DNA of 64,000 nt from Gaiellaceae bacterium (GCA_035296905.1 DATHAA010000007.1:32415-96414); one strand, 5' to 3'; positions 1 through 10,004 are shown, counted from the stretch's first letter. Program-made: numbers and translations. The notes: generated from the sequence alone by a model not told the origin.

Positions 1-471
1 GTCGTCGTTGCTCGAGCCGGGGCCGGAGTTGGCCGAAGGGCCGGAGTTGTCGTCGTCTCGGTCCTCGACCTCGCCCTGGTCGTCGCCGCCGGCTCCTCCG
101 CCCGCACCCGTGCAGCGCGGGTCGTTGGCGTGCTCGGCCTCGTCGCAGGGGCCACTGATGTCCTCGCCCTGGTCGTCGTCGTGATCGGCGACGGCGACGT
201 CGTCGTCGGCGTGGTCGCGGCCGCGGCCGCGATCGTCGTTTTGATCGTCGCCCTGCTCGTCGGCGTCGTTGTCCTCGGGAACCCGGGCGCCGGCGCACGC
301 GGGATCGTTCGCGTGCTCGGCCTCGTCGCAGGGGCCCTTGACGTCGACCACAGTCGAGGCCGGATCCGAGCTGGAGCCGCCGTTCGTGCCGGCTGCGACC
401 GCAACACCGACGCCGACGGCGAGCACCGTGGCGAGAATGAGCAGAAGCTTGTTGAAGGAATTCACTGACAT
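1..471 (-). CDS. Secreted/anchored acidic protein with repeated GPCDEAEHANDPxC motif (N-terminal part only; the gene runs off the window start)
   Basis: ATG at 471 (minus) is preceded by GGAGG. N-terminal hydrophobic segment MSVNSFNKLLLILATVLAVGVGVAVAAG. Two copies of GPCDEAEHANDP(A/R)C are separated by a D-rich linker. Absent from the ORF track because there is no stop codon inside the window. Confidence 0.5.
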   Translation of the reverse strand, partial: MSVNSFNKLLLILATVLAVGVGVAVAAGTNGGSSSDPASTVVDVKGPCDEAEHANDPACAGARVPEDNDADEQGDDQNDDRGRGRDHADDDVAVADHDDDQGEDISGPCDEAEHANDPRCTGAGGGAGGDDQGEVEDRDDDNSGPSANSGPGSSNDD

Positions 472-590
472 GACCTCCTAGAAAATTGCTGACTCCATGA
501 CCGTAGAGAGGCCCGGTTCAAGCGCGGGCGAGCTTCCAGTGAAGGTTCAGTCGGCGCTGGTAAAGACTTGGTTGAGCGCCCGGGGCGGGG

Positions 591-995
591 TCAATCGTCC
601 CCGCCGCCCGAACCGGAGTCGTCCGACCCGGACCCGCTCGATCCGGAGCCCGAGGAGCCGGATCCCGAGTTCGAGCCCGAGCTGTCATCCGAGCCCGAGC
701 TCCCCGAACCGGAATTGTCGTCGGAGCCCGAATGGTCGTCGGTGGTCGTGCCGCTGCCGGTCGACGTGGCGCCGCCCTTTCCGTCATCGCTCGAACCCGA
801 CCGGTGTTTCTTGTCGTCGGACTTCGAGTCGTCGTCGAGCGCCCTCGGGTTCGCCTTCCCCTGTGGGGTCTTGACGGGCACCGCAGCCGGCGTCGCGGCG
901 ATCGTGCTCGCCGAGCTTAGATAGACCGCGAGCGCGAGCGCCACCGGCAGCGCGAGGCCGGCGATTGCAACTAGAAGCGTGGTCAGGCGAGGCAT
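591..995 (-). CDS. Small N-terminally anchored D/S/G-rich low-complexity protein
   Basis: Internal ATG at 995 of ORF 591..1592. The hydrophobic N-terminus MPRLTTLLVAIAGLALPVALALAVYL is followed by a long Asp/Ser/Gly tract (SGSGSSGSDDSSGS...). Lies directly downstream of the sensor kinase on the same strand. Confidence 0.45.
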   Translation of the reverse strand: MPRLTTLLVAIAGLALPVALALAVYLSSASTIAATPAAVPVKTPQGKANPRALDDDSKSDDKKHRSGSSDDGKGGATSTGSGTTTDDHSGSDDNSGSGSSGSDDSSGSNSGSGSSGSGSSGSGSDDSGSGGGDD

Positions 996-1041
996 TGCCT
1001 GAACGTAGCAGCGGTGGCCTTCAGAATCGGTAAAGACACGG

Positions 1042-2451
1042 TCAACGATCGGCAGGCACGTGCAGGAAGGCCACTTGGATCCTCGTGCCGGGGCCGTCCG
1101 CGAGCGTGACCTCGCCGCCCCATCGCTCGACGAGCTCCGCCACGATCGGGAGGCCGAGCCCTGTGCCCGGCCCGAGCCGGCGGCCGTTCGACCCCCGGTA
1201 GAAGCGCTCGAAGACGCGGCCGCGGTCCTCGTCCGGGATTCCCGGCCCGTCGTCGGCGACGACGAGCGTCGCGCGGCCGTTCGCCGCTTCCGACTCGACC
1301 GTGACATGCGCGCCGGGCGGCGTGTAGCGCAAGGCGTTCTCGACCAGGTTGTCGACCACGTGCGCGAGGTCCCCCGGATCGGCGAAGACGAGCGCCTGCT
1401 CCCGGCGCCCTGCCGCAACCGTCTTATCCGCGTCCGACGCGGGAGCCTGCCACCGCTCGACCGCCTCCTCGACCACAGCGGAGAGATCGACATTTGTCCC
1501 GGCAGGCGGCGTGGTCGCCGCACCGGCGAGATCGAGGAGGTCGTCGACGAGCGCCTCGAGACGGTCGAGCTCCTCCTCCGCCTTCGCTGCATTCTCGCCG
1601 GCCGTCCCGCCTTCGGCCCGGATCGCCTCGAGGCGCAGCTTGATTCCCGTCAGTGGCGTGCGGAGTTGATGCGACGCGTTCGCGACGAAGTCGCGCTGGG
1701 CACGCATGCTCGAGCCGAGAGCGTCCGCCATGCGGTTGAAAGAAACGCCCAGGGCCGCGAGCTCGGCCGGGCCGTCGGTCGGAGCCCGCGCGTCGAGGTC
1801 CCCGGCGCCAAGCTCGCGCGCGGTGTCGCGTAACCTGCTCAGGGGACGCGACACAGTCGTCGCGAGGAACCACGCGAGCACGAAGGCGCCCGCGACGACG
1901 GCGAGCCCGATCGCCGCGAGGCGCGTCCAGCTGCGATGAACGCGGTCGACAACGGACTCACGCGAGGCCGATACGCGCACCGCACCCACCACCTGGCCCC
2001 CGTCGACGACCGGCACGGTCACGAGCAGGAGCTCCTCGCCGGCTGTGTCGCTGAACCGGCGCCTGGAGTCGACTTGCCCCTCCTCGAGGGCGACGCCGAA
2101 CTCCGGCCGCTCCGCGGTCCCGAACTTCGACCCGCTCGCCGCCTCGCCGGTGCTGTCCACGAGCACCTGGCCGCCTTCGTTCGTGACAACGATGCGCTCG
2201 TCCGGGGTGGCTGCCGAGGAGCTCACCGCCTCGGTCAGGGCACCGGTGTCGACGCTCGCCCCGCCCTGGCCCGCCGCCGCAACATCATCTGAGATGCGAG
2301 CCGCGAGGAGGGCGGTTCGGCTGAGCACGTCGGCCTGGAAATCGGAGTCCGCCCGGCGCTCGATGCTGAGCGCGAGCGGGATCTCGAGCGCGAGGACGAC
2401 CGCGGCGACGAGATAGGCGGCCGCGAGGACGAGGCGGGTGCGGAAGCTCAC
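1042..2451 (-). CDS. Sensor histidine kinase (TM - periplasmic domain - TM - HAMP - HisKA - HATPase_c)
   Basis: H-box ASHQLRTPLTGIKLRLE, HAMP-like segment and G-boxes (DDGPGIP, GTGLGLPI). GTG start overlaps the response-regulator stop (GTGA). Confidence 0.9.
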   Translation of the reverse strand: MSFRTRLVLAAAYLVAAVVLALEIPLALSIERRADSDFQADVLSRTALLAARISDDVAAAGQGGASVDTGALTEAVSSSAATPDERIVVTNEGGQVLVDSTGEAASGSKFGTAERPEFGVALEEGQVDSRRRFSDTAGEELLLVTVPVVDGGQVVGAVRVSASRESVVDRVHRSWTRLAAIGLAVVAGAFVLAWFLATTVSRPLSRLRDTARELGAGDLDARAPTDGPAELAALGVSFNRMADALGSSMRAQRDFVANASHQLRTPLTGIKLRLEAIRAEGGTAGENAAKAEEELDRLEALVDDLLDLAGAATTPPAGTNVDLSAVVEEAVERWQAPASDADKTVAAGRREQALVFADPGDLAHVVDNLVENALRYTPPGAHVTVESEAANGRATLVVADDGPGIPDEDRGRVFERFYRGSNGRRLGPGTGLGLPIVAELVERWGGEVTLADGPGTRIQVAFLHVPADR

Positions 2452-3158
2452 GGCTCGAGCTCGTCCGCGGACGAAAATCGGAAACCGACTCCGCGGACGG
2501 TGTGGATGTAGCGCGGCGCGGCGGGATCGTCGCCGAGCTTCTTGCGCAACGAGCTCACGTGGACGTCCAGCGTTTTCGTCGAGCCGAACCAGTTCGCATC
2601 CCAGACCTCCGCGACGAGGTCGTCCCGTTTCACCAGCCGGCCGGCGCTCTCGAGGAGGACGCGCAGGAGCTCGAACTCCTTCACCGTGAGATCGACTGGC
2701 TCGCCGTCGCGGGTGACCGTGCGCGTGTCGAGGTTCATGGCCAGGTCGCTGCGCGTGACGACTCCGCCGGACGGGCCCGTGGGCTCGGCCGTGCTCCGCC
2801 TGAGAACGGCGCGCATGCGGGCGACCAGCTCGGCCGCGCTGAACGGCTTCGTGACGTAGTCGTCCGCGCCGAGCTCGAGGCCGAGCACGCGGTCCATCTC
2901 CTCCCCGCGCGCGCTCACCATCACGACCGGCGTGCGCGATGCCTGGCGGATTTCGCGGAGCACGTCGCGCCCGTCGCCGTCGGGCAGCATGACGTCGAGG
3001 AGAACGATGTCCGGGGCCTGTGCCGAGAAGGCCTCGAGGCCGCCCGCGGCCGTCTCGGCCAGGTGGACGTCGAAGCCCTCGCGCCGCAGCGCGTCCGCGA
3101 GAGGTTCCGCAATCGGGCGCTCGTCCTCGATCACCAGGACTTTCTTCCTGCTCACCAT
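2448..3158 (-). CDS. OmpR/PhoB-family response regulator
   Basis: Receiver domain (KVLVIEDE...LLDVMLPDGDG) plus winged-helix C-terminus (TKTLDVHVSSLRKKL..IHTVRGVGFRF). Start taken at the internal ATG MVSRKK (3158) rather than the ORF maximum at 3215. Confidence 0.9.
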   Translation of the reverse strand: MVSRKKVLVIEDERPIAEPLADALRREGFDVHLAETAAGGLEAFSAQAPDIVLLDVMLPDGDGRDVLREIRQASRTPVVMVSARGEEMDRVLGLELGADDYVTKPFSAAELVARMRAVLRRSTAEPTGPSGGVVTRSDLAMNLDTRTVTRDGEPVDLTVKEFELLRVLLESAGRLVKRDDLVAEVWDANWFGSTKTLDVHVSSLRKKLGDDPAAPRYIHTVRGVGFRFSSADELEP

Positions 3159-3237
3159 GGCCACGCTCACAATACGGACGTAACGGGCGGTCGGCTTTTC
3201 ACCCAGGTCGCCCACCGCGGGCTCTAGAATCGAACCG

Positions 3238-4560
3238 GTGATCCCGCGCTACTCACGCCCGGCCATGCAGCACATCTGGTCGGACGAGGGCAAGCTCGCC
3301 CGCTGGCTCGAGGTCGAGCTGGCCGCGCTCGAGGGCTGGAGCGAGGTCGGAGCGGTTCCGGCCGACGCGGTCGGGCGCATCCGCGAGCGGGCGACTCCGC
3401 CGACACCCGAGCGCGTCGCCGAGATCGAGGAGCGGACGCACCACGACCTCGCTGCGTTCGTGGATGCCGTCGCCGAAGAGCTCGGGGACGACGGGCGCTG
3501 GTTCCACTTCGGCCTGACATCCTCCGATGTGCTCGACACGGCACTCGCCCTGCAGGCTCGCGAGGCTTGCCTGCTCGTCCTCGTCGGGCTCCAGAGCGCC
3601 TTCGCGGCGGTCGCTCGCCGCGCCGAGGAGCATCGCGGCACCGTGATGGTCGGGCGAACTCACGGCGTCCACGCCGAGCCGATCACCTTCGGCGCCAAGC
3701 TCGCCGGCTGCGCCTTCGAGCTCGAGCGCGACAGCGACCGGATCGAGCGCGCACTGGCCGGAATCAGCATCGGGAAGATCTCAGGAGCGGTCGGGATCTA
3801 TGGCGGCGGCGACCCCGAGGTCGAGCGGGTCGCCTGCGCCCGCCTCGGACTCATGCCCGAACCGGTCTCCACACAGGTGGTTCCGCGCGACCGGCACGCC
3901 GAGCTCCTGTCGGCGCTGGCCGTTTGCGCCGCGTCGGTCGAGCGCTTCGCCACCGAGATCCGCCACCTCGCGCGCACCGAGGTGCGTGAGGTTCAGGAGC
4001 CCTTCGGGAGAGGCCAGAAGGGCTCGTCCGCGATGCCGCACAAGCGAAACCCCATCGTTTCGGAGCGGCTCTGCGGCCTGGCACGCGTCGTGCGCGCAGC
4101 CGCGACGGTCGGGCTCGAGAACGTCGCGCTCTGGCACGAACGGGACATCTCGCACTCGAGCGCCGAGCGCGTCGTCCTCCCCGACGCCTTCCTCGCACTC
4201 GACTACATGCTCGACCGCTTCACCTGGCTCGTCGACGGGCTCGTCGTCGACCCGCAGCGGATGCGCGCCAACCTCGACTCCTCGCACGGTCTCGTCTTCA
4301 GCCAGCGCGTTCTCCTTTCGCTCGTCGAGTCCGGCCTCTCCCGCGACGAGGCCTACCGGCTCGTCCAGCGGAGCGCACTCCGCGCGTGGGACGAAGGGGT
4401 CGACCTGCGGGCCCTGCTGGAAGAGGATCCCGAGCTGACTCTGCCCCCGGAGGCACTCGACGCCGCCTTCGACCTGGACGACGCCCTCAAGCACGTCGAC
4501 GTCGTCTTCGACCGACTGTCCGCCCTCATGACCCGCAAGGAGGAACCCATACATGCCTGA
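3238..4560 (+). CDS. purB: Adenylosuccinate lyase
   Basis: N-terminus MIPRYSRPAMQHIWSDE, the lyase signature SSAMPHKRNP, 440 aa, GTG start. Confidence 0.93.
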   Translation: MIPRYSRPAMQHIWSDEGKLARWLEVELAALEGWSEVGAVPADAVGRIRERATPPTPERVAEIEERTHHDLAAFVDAVAEELGDDGRWFHFGLTSSDVLDTALALQAREACLLVLVGLQSAFAAVARRAEEHRGTVMVGRTHGVHAEPITFGAKLAGCAFELERDSDRIERALAGISIGKISGAVGIYGGGDPEVERVACARLGLMPEPVSTQVVPRDRHAELLSALAVCAASVERFATEIRHLARTEVREVQEPFGRGQKGSSAMPHKRNPIVSERLCGLARVVRAAATVGLENVALWHERDISHSSAERVVLPDAFLALDYMLDRFTWLVDGLVVDPQRMRANLDSSHGLVFSQRVLLSLVESGLSRDEAYRLVQRSALRAWDEGVDLRALLEEDPELTLPPEALDAAFDLDDALKHVDVVFDRLSALMTRKEEPIHA

Positions 4561-5416
4561 GGCTGCCGTCCACGTCGCGAGCGGCAAGGTTCGCGAGATC
4601 TTCGAGCTCGACTCCGAGCGCCTGCTGCTCGTCGCCAGCGACCGCATCTCGACCTTCGACGTCGTGCTCCCGACCGAGATTCCGGACAAGGGCCGCGTGC
4701 TCACCGGACTCTCCGGCTTCTGGTTCGCGCGGACGCGTGCGATCGTCCCAAACCACCTGCTCGCGCTGCGGCCCGACGGCCGCTCGACCGAGGCGAAGCG
4801 CCTGCAGATGCTCCCGATCGAGTGCGTCGTCCGCGGGTACCTCGCCGGCTCGGGGTGGAAGGACTACTGCGCGACCGGCGCGACATCGGGCCACGAGCTT
4901 CCGGCCGGCCTGAGTGAGTCGGACCGGCTGCCCGCTCCGATCTTCACGCCCGCGACGAAGGCTCAGACCGGGCATGACGAGAACATCGACCACGCCCGCG
5001 CGGCCGAGCTCGTCGGCGAGGAGCGCCTGGCGCAGGTAGAGCGAATCGTTCTCGAGCTCTACCGGCACGCGTCCGAGTACGCCGGCGAGCGGGGCGTGAT
5101 CATCGCCGACACCAAGTTCGAGCTCGGTTTCGACGAGAACGGCGAGATCGTCCTCGGTGATGAGGCTCTGACGCCGGACTCCTCCCGCTTCTGGCCGGCG
5201 GACGTCTACACGCCCGGCGGGCCGCAGCCCTCATTCGACAAGCAGTACGTTCGCGACTACTGTGAGCGGCTCGGCTGGGACAAGACCGCTCCCGGCCCCG
5301 AGCTTCCCGAGGAGGTCGTCGCCGAGACGCGTGCCCGCTACGTCGAGGCTTTCGAGCGCCTCACCGGCCTCTCCTTCGAGGACTACCTCGCCGACCCGGA
5401 GATTGTCCTCCGATGA
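4553..5416 (+). CDS. purC: Phosphoribosylaminoimidazole-succinocarboxamide (SAICAR) synthase
   Basis: SGKVREIFE...LLLVASDRISTFDVVL, typical of long-form PurC. Overlaps the purB end. Confidence 0.92.
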   Translation: MPEAAVHVASGKVREIFELDSERLLLVASDRISTFDVVLPTEIPDKGRVLTGLSGFWFARTRAIVPNHLLALRPDGRSTEAKRLQMLPIECVVRGYLAGSGWKDYCATGATSGHELPAGLSESDRLPAPIFTPATKAQTGHDENIDHARAAELVGEERLAQVERIVLELYRHASEYAGERGVIIADTKFELGFDENGEIVLGDEALTPDSSRFWPADVYTPGGPQPSFDKQYVRDYCERLGWDKTAPGPELPEEVVAETRARYVEAFERLTGLSFEDYLADPEIVLR

Positions 5417-5652
5417 GGGCGACCGTCCTCGTTCGGCCGAAGGCAGGGATCCTCGACCCCCAGGGAGCGGCGGTGGAAAGCTCGCTGCGCCAGCTCGGGT
5501 TCCCGGTCGGCGAAGCGCGCGTCGGACGCGTGATTGACCTGGACGTCGACGCCGCCACCGCCGACGAGGCACGAGGCGAGATCGAACGCATGTGCGAGCG
5601 CTTGCTCGCGAACCCCTTGATCGAGAGCTACGAGATCGAGGTCGCCGGATGA
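5413..5652 (+). CDS. purS: FGAM synthase subunit PurS
   Basis: 79-aa protein. [24 protein letters not shown] is the typical PurS core. ATGA overlaps with both neighbours. Confidence 0.9.
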   Translation: MRATVLVRPKAGILDPQGAAVESSLRQLGFPVGEARVGRVIDLDVDAATADEARGEIERMCERLLANPLIESYEIEVAG

Positions 5653-6335
5653 GCGAGGTCGTCCCGCGCATCGCAGTGCTCGTCTTCCCGGGGTCGAACG
5701 ACGACCGCGACGCGGCGTGGGCGCTCACTGCGCTCGGCGCCGACGCACGCCTCATCTGGCACGCCGAAGAAGCGCTGCCCGAGGTGGACGCCGTTGTCCT
5801 CCCCGGCGGGTTCTCGTACGGCGACTATCTGCGCTGCGGCGCGATCGCCCGCTTTTCGCCCGCGATGCAGGCGGTGACCGCGTTCGCGGCGGAGGGCGGT
5901 CTCGTCCTCGGGATCTGCAACGGCTTCCAGATCCTCTGCGAGGCCGGCCTCCTTCCGGGGGTCCTTCGCCCCAACGCGTCGCTCGAGTTCGTCTGCGCGG
6001 ACGTACCCCTGCGGGTCGAGCGCACTGACACGCCGTTTACCTCCAGGTGTGAGCCAGGACAGGAGCTGGTGATCCCCGTGAAGCACGGGGAGGGCTGCTA
6101 CCACGCACCGGCCGACCTGGACGACGAACAGATCATCCTCCGCTACACGCGGGGCGCGAACCCCAATGGCTCGGAACGCGATATCGCAGGCATCGTCAAC
6201 CCTGACGGGAACGTCCTCGGCCTGATGCCGCACCCCGAGCACGCGGTGGACCCCCTGCTCGGATCGGGGGACGGCGCGCTCGTGCTCGCGTCGCTGGTGG
6301 ATGCCGCTCGAGAGCGGCTCTATGCGAGGGCCTAG
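5649..6335 (+). CDS. purQ: FGAM synthase glutaminase subunit PurQ
   Basis: [15 protein letters not shown]..., nucleophile motif GICNGFQ and PHPEH near the C-terminus. Start at the ATG overlapping the purS stop (5649), not the ORF maximum at 5592. Confidence 0.92.
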   Translation: MSEVVPRIAVLVFPGSNDDRDAAWALTALGADARLIWHAEEALPEVDAVVLPGGFSYGDYLRCGAIARFSPAMQAVTAFAAEGGLVLGICNGFQILCEAGLLPGVLRPNASLEFVCADVPLRVERTDTPFTSRCEPGQELVIPVKHGEGCYHAPADLDDEQIILRYTRGANPNGSERDIAGIVNPDGNVLGLMPHPEHAVDPLLGSGDGALVLASLVDAARERLYARA

Positions 6336-6595
6336 GCAGCCATCCCGAGCGCTCCTTGGATCGTTGGATGTTCGGCAAGCGCTGCGCGGAAGCGCTCGAG
6401 GTCACGGCCGCGGAGGGTGACGGGTCCTCTCCGAGCTGTGCCGTCGGTCGAGTAGGCGAAGCGGACGAGCTCGTTCCCCTTCTCGTCCACCAGAAGCTGG
6501 ACGATCGTCGCGAAGCGGCGGTCGCCCGCGCGCTGCTGCACGGTGAACTCCTCCAGGACCTCTGCCTGCCCCCAGGGTGTCGTCGCTTTCGCCAT
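6332..6595 (-). CDS. Hypothetical protein (87 aa)
   Basis: Clean ORF with coding-like composition, convergent with purQ. No family recognised. Confidence 0.45.
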   Translation of the reverse strand: MAKATTPWGQAEVLEEFTVQQRAGDRRFATIVQLLVDEKGNELVRFAYSTDGTARRGPVTLRGRDLERFRAALAEHPTIQGALGMAA

Positions 6596-6684
6596 GACCC
6601 GAGGCTAGACGGAAAAAACGCACGGGAGACGCGCGAGGTGTGCCGGCTTTGCGAAGCCTCTGCGCCGAGAGGCCCTAACGAGGC

Positions 6685-7665
6685 TCAGGCTTCGCGCAAC
6701 CGCGGGTCGAGCATGTGGTGGGCGATGTCAACGAGCAGGTTCAGGCAGATGATCATCACGGCGAGGACGATCGTCACGCCCATGACCACCGTGTAGTCGC
6801 GAGCGATCACCGACGCGACGAAGTACTTCGAAATGCCGGGGATGGCGAAGATGTTCTCGACGATGAACGAGCCCGTGACCATCGCGCCGAACATCGGCCC
6901 GGCGACGATGATCAGGGGCAGCAACGAGTTCTTGAGCGCGTGGACGCCGACGATGCGCCTCCGCGACAGGCCCTTTGCCCGGGCCATCCGTACGTAGTCG
7001 CTCTCCAGGGTCTCGAGCAGAGTGCCGCGCAAGAGCCGTGCGAAGTAGGCCATCGGCACGAGGCTCAGGGTGAGGGTCGGCAGCACCTTATTCTGCCAGC
7101 TGTCGTCCCAGCCAGAGGTCGGGAGCAGGGCGAGCTTCACCGAAACGTAGTAGATGAGCAGCGTGGCGACGAGAAAGCTGGGCAGCGAGATGCCGAGCCC
7201 CGTGAGGACGCGGACGGCATAGTCGAAGACCGAGCCCGGTCGCAGCGCGGCCAGGATTCCCACCGGGATCCCGATGAGGATCGCCCACGCAAACGCCAGC
7301 AGCACGAGCTGGACCGAGCGCGGCGCCATCTCCTTGATGATGTCGGTCACGCGCATGTATCGAAACGACAGCGAGGGTCCGAAGTCGAGTGTCACGACGC
7401 CCTTCAGATAATTGCCGTACTGCTGGTACCAGGGCAGGTCGAGCCCGTACTTCTCGCGCTGGTTACGGCGGATCGCCGGAGGCTGCGGATCCCCGTACTT
7501 CACCCATCCCGCATTCGAGAGCCCGAGCAGCGGCCCGTGCCGGAACGGATCGCCGCCGATTGACCTCATCATGAAGAACACGATCGTGAGAACAACCCAG
7601 AGGATGGGGATCGTCCACAACAATCGGCGCAGGATGAAGCCAGCCACAGACTGAGCTTGCCCCAT
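6685..7665 (-). CDS. ABC transporter permease, oligopeptide/dipeptide (DppB/OppB) type; orphan
   Basis: N-terminus FILRRLLWTIPILWVVLTIVFFMM, 6-TM pattern and the EAA-like loop YVRMARAKGLSRRRIV. No partner DppC, ATPase or SBP gene is adjacent. Confidence 0.85.
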   Translation of the reverse strand: MGQAQSVAGFILRRLLWTIPILWVVLTIVFFMMRSIGGDPFRHGPLLGLSNAGWVKYGDPQPPAIRRNQREKYGLDLPWYQQYGNYLKGVVTLDFGPSLSFRYMRVTDIIKEMAPRSVQLVLLAFAWAILIGIPVGILAALRPGSVFDYAVRVLTGLGISLPSFLVATLLIYYVSVKLALLPTSGWDDSWQNKVLPTLTLSLVPMAYFARLLRGTLLETLESDYVRMARAKGLSRRRIVGVHALKNSLLPLIIVAGPMFGAMVTGSFIVENIFAIPGISKYFVASVIARDYTVVMGVTIVLAVMIICLNLLVDIAHHMLDPRLREA

Positions 7666-7995
7666 TCGTGAGCATCACCACCACTTTGATTTCTTGCCGC
7701 GAGCATAAGCGCTCCTTAGGCTCGTGGAGCGGACGCTGAGCCGCAGGCGAAAACCCTTTCGCTCCCGAGACGGGCACTCGTGCGCAGGGCGAAGACCGCG
7801 CTTCGCCACACATCTCGGGGGAGGCCCGTGCCGATCGGGACGCGCTCCGGATCCGGTGCTTCGGGGGTGGGACCAACATGCACACGTTCCGGGCAGCGCG
7901 TGTGGTCCGCCAGGGCACGGCGCTCGCCAACCCCTCCCTCTCCCGAGAGTCTCGCCGACCGCAGGTTCGGTGACTGGACGATTTCCACCCAGGCG

Positions 7996-8136
7996 ATGAA
8001 CCTGCTGGAGCAGGAGATCCGGGCAAGCGCGCCCCGCCGCGTGCGCGAGTTCGGAAGCGGGCTCAGCACCGCCTGCCTCGCGCGCTACATGGCGGAGAAC
8101 GCGCCCGGCTCGATCCTTTGCGCACGCAAACCGTGA
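7996..8136 (+). pseudogene. N-terminal remnant of a class I SAM-dependent methyltransferase
   Basis: MNLLEQEIRASAPRRVREFGSGLSTACLARYMAENAPGS contains a motif I-like E/DxGxGxS stretch. The reading frame ends after 46 codons, about 70 nt before repeat locus L1. Confidence 0.3.
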
Positions 8137-8208
8137 CGGGCTGGCCAAGGTCGACGTTCGCACCTGAGGAGCTTGCGCTCGAAGCGTTCCGCCTCGGAGC
8201 CAGCCATT

Positions 8209-8399
8209 TCAGCCGCGCTCGATCAGCTCGACCCGGTAGCGCATGTGCGTAAATTCATGCCCGCTCGATCAATTCGACTCGGTAGCCGTCGAGAAACAGT
8301 ACGTTTGTAAGTTGATCTGATTTGATCCTTCAGGCGCTGCTGTCCTCGATCAATTCGACCCGATAGTCGTCTGGAAGCGCGAACTTGTCGTGTGCAGCC
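8209..8399 (-). repeat. VOC-tail composite repeat, locus L1 (units a-b-c)
   Basis: Read on the minus strand there are three consecutive stop-terminated tails: ..THMRYRVELIERG*, ..NVLFLDGYRVELIERA*, ..DKFALPDDYRVELIEDSSA*. Same unit order as locus L3. Confidence 0.8.
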
Positions 8400-8423
8400 C
8401 GTTTTAGCAAGCCTCCCCAGCGA

Positions 8424-10004
8424 TCAAGCTCGCCAATAGCGGCGCGTGAAGAGCACGACGATCGGGATCAGCTCCAACCGGCCCAGCCACATCAGCACGA
8501 TCATGATCACTTTGGAAAGGTCGCTGAAAGGCTCGAACGAGCCCATCGGGCCCGCGAACCCGAATCCCGGTCCGACGTTCCCGATCGTCGTCGCGACGGC
8601 CGACATGGCCTCGAACGGGGTCACTTCTACCCCTGCTCGCGCGGATTCGATCGTGATGCCGATCGTTCCAAGGGCGAAGAGCCCGAGGTAGAGCAGCACG
8701 AAGAAGCTGAGCGCTCTCAGCGTCGGCTCGTCCACGACCCGCTGGTTGAAGCGGACCGGCCGAACGATCTCGGGATGAATGGTTTGATCGAGCTCGCGAC
8801 GCATTAACCTCGTGAGCATGAGGTGGCGGACGACCTTGATCGAGCCGGCCGTCGAGAGCGCCATCCCCCCGACGAACATGGCCACGACGAGGAGCACGGA
8901 CGTCAGCGCCGTCCAGCGTGTGAAGTCAGCGTTCGCGTAGCCCGTCGTAGTTGTCACCGAGACCGTCTGGAACACGGCCTTTCCAAAGGCTTCCCTGCCG
9001 TCGAACAGGTCGTTTGCCCACAGAGAGGCAAAGATGACAAGCGACGTGACGATGAGGACGGCGCCGTAGGTTCGAAACTCCTCGTCGCGCAAAAAATTCA
9101 TACGCCGGCGGGCAACCCCGTACAGGAGGACGAAGTTCGTTCCCGCCAGGAACATGAAGGCGACGATTGTCCATTGAGACGCCGAGCCGAACGCCTCGAT
9201 CGAGCGCGCCCGTGTCGAGAACCCACCGGTCGGCATCGTGGTGAAGGCGTGCCCGACGGCATCGAAGAGATTCATCTCGGGGTCGACCCCCGTCCAGCCG
9301 AGGAAGGCGAGAATGGAGGCCTCGAGTGCCGTGAGACCGATGTAGAGGACCCACATGAGGCGCGCGGTCTCCCGAATCGAGCTCGTCAACGTTTGGAACT
9401 CGTGCCCGGGCGCCTCCGAGGCGAAGAGCTGCCGCCCGCCGACGCGAAGGCGCGGGAGCACGGCGATGGCGAGCACGATGATTCCCATGCCGCCGATCCA
9501 CTGGGAGAACTGGCGCCACATCGCGAGCGAGTGGTTCAGCGCGCCGATGTCCGTGAGGGTGCTCGCCCCGGTCGTGGTCAATCCGCTCATCGCCTCGAAG
9601 AAAGCGTCGAGGGGGGCGTCGAGCTGCTGCTCGCTCGACAGGATGTACGGCAGCGCGACCAGGGCCGCTCCGAGAAACCAGGTGACGGCCACGACGAGGA
9701 AACCCTCTCGCGGTCCGACCCGCTCCTTGCCCCGCGTGAGGAACTCGAGACCCGCGCCTAGAGCGAACGAGACGGCACCACCGATCACGAACGGCCAGAC
9801 GGGTTCGCTGTAGCCGAGGGCGACAGCGGCCGGCAGGACGAACGCGAGGCTGAGGTACTTGACGAGCGCGCCGATTAGGTTCACGGACGCGCCGAGATCG
9901 ACCCCGATCGTTAAGCGTGCCTCGCCTGGCTCACGCGGTCTCCGATGCCATCGCTGTCGAACCACGAGCCTGACGTTAGAGACGCGCTCGGCGCTCGGGG
10001 TCAT
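8424..10004 (-). CDS. trkH: Trk-type potassium uptake protein TrkH
   Basis: Polytopic membrane protein with repeated pore-like segments (SGLTTTGAS, TTMPTGGFS, VTTTTGYAN, IGNVGPG). Start is uncertain: the ORF maximum is 10040, MTPSAERV is at 10004, and later alternative starts are possible. Confidence 0.85.
   Translation of the reverse strand: MTPSAERVSNVRLVVRQRWHRRPREPGEARLTIGVDLGASVNLIGALVKYLSLAFVLPAAVALGYSEPVWPFVIGGAVSFALGAGLEFLTRGKERVGPREGFLVVAVTWFLGAALVALPYILSSEQQLDAPLDAFFEAMSGLTTTGASTLTDIGALNHSLAMWRQFSQWIGGMGIIVLAIAVLPRLRVGGRQLFASEAPGHEFQTLTSSIRETARLMWVLYIGLTALEASILAFLGWTGVDPEMNLFDAVGHAFTTMPTGGFSTRARSIEAFGSASQWTIVAFMFLAGTNFVLLYGVARRRMNFLRDEEFRTYGAVLIVTSLVIFASLWANDLFDGREAFGKAVFQTVSVTTTTGYANADFTRWTALTSVLLVVAMFVGGMALSTAGSIKVVRHLMLTRLMRRELDQTIHPEIVRPVRFNQRVVDEPTLRALSFFVLLYLGLFALGTIGITIESARAGVEVTPFEAMSAVATTIGNVGPGFGFAGPMGSFEPFSDLSKVIMIVLMWLGRLELIPIVVLFTRRYWRA

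Noticed and set aside
3159-3237. Purine, ZTP or other riboswitches upstream of the pur blocks (also examined at 21081-21148 and 30577-30623/31243)
   Set aside because: The intergenic regions are short (under 80 nt) or coding. I could not find the conserved ZTP (..GGGUCGUGAC..CCGCCUGGGC..) or purine-riboswitch cores by eye. A covariance-model scan would be needed to exclude them formally.
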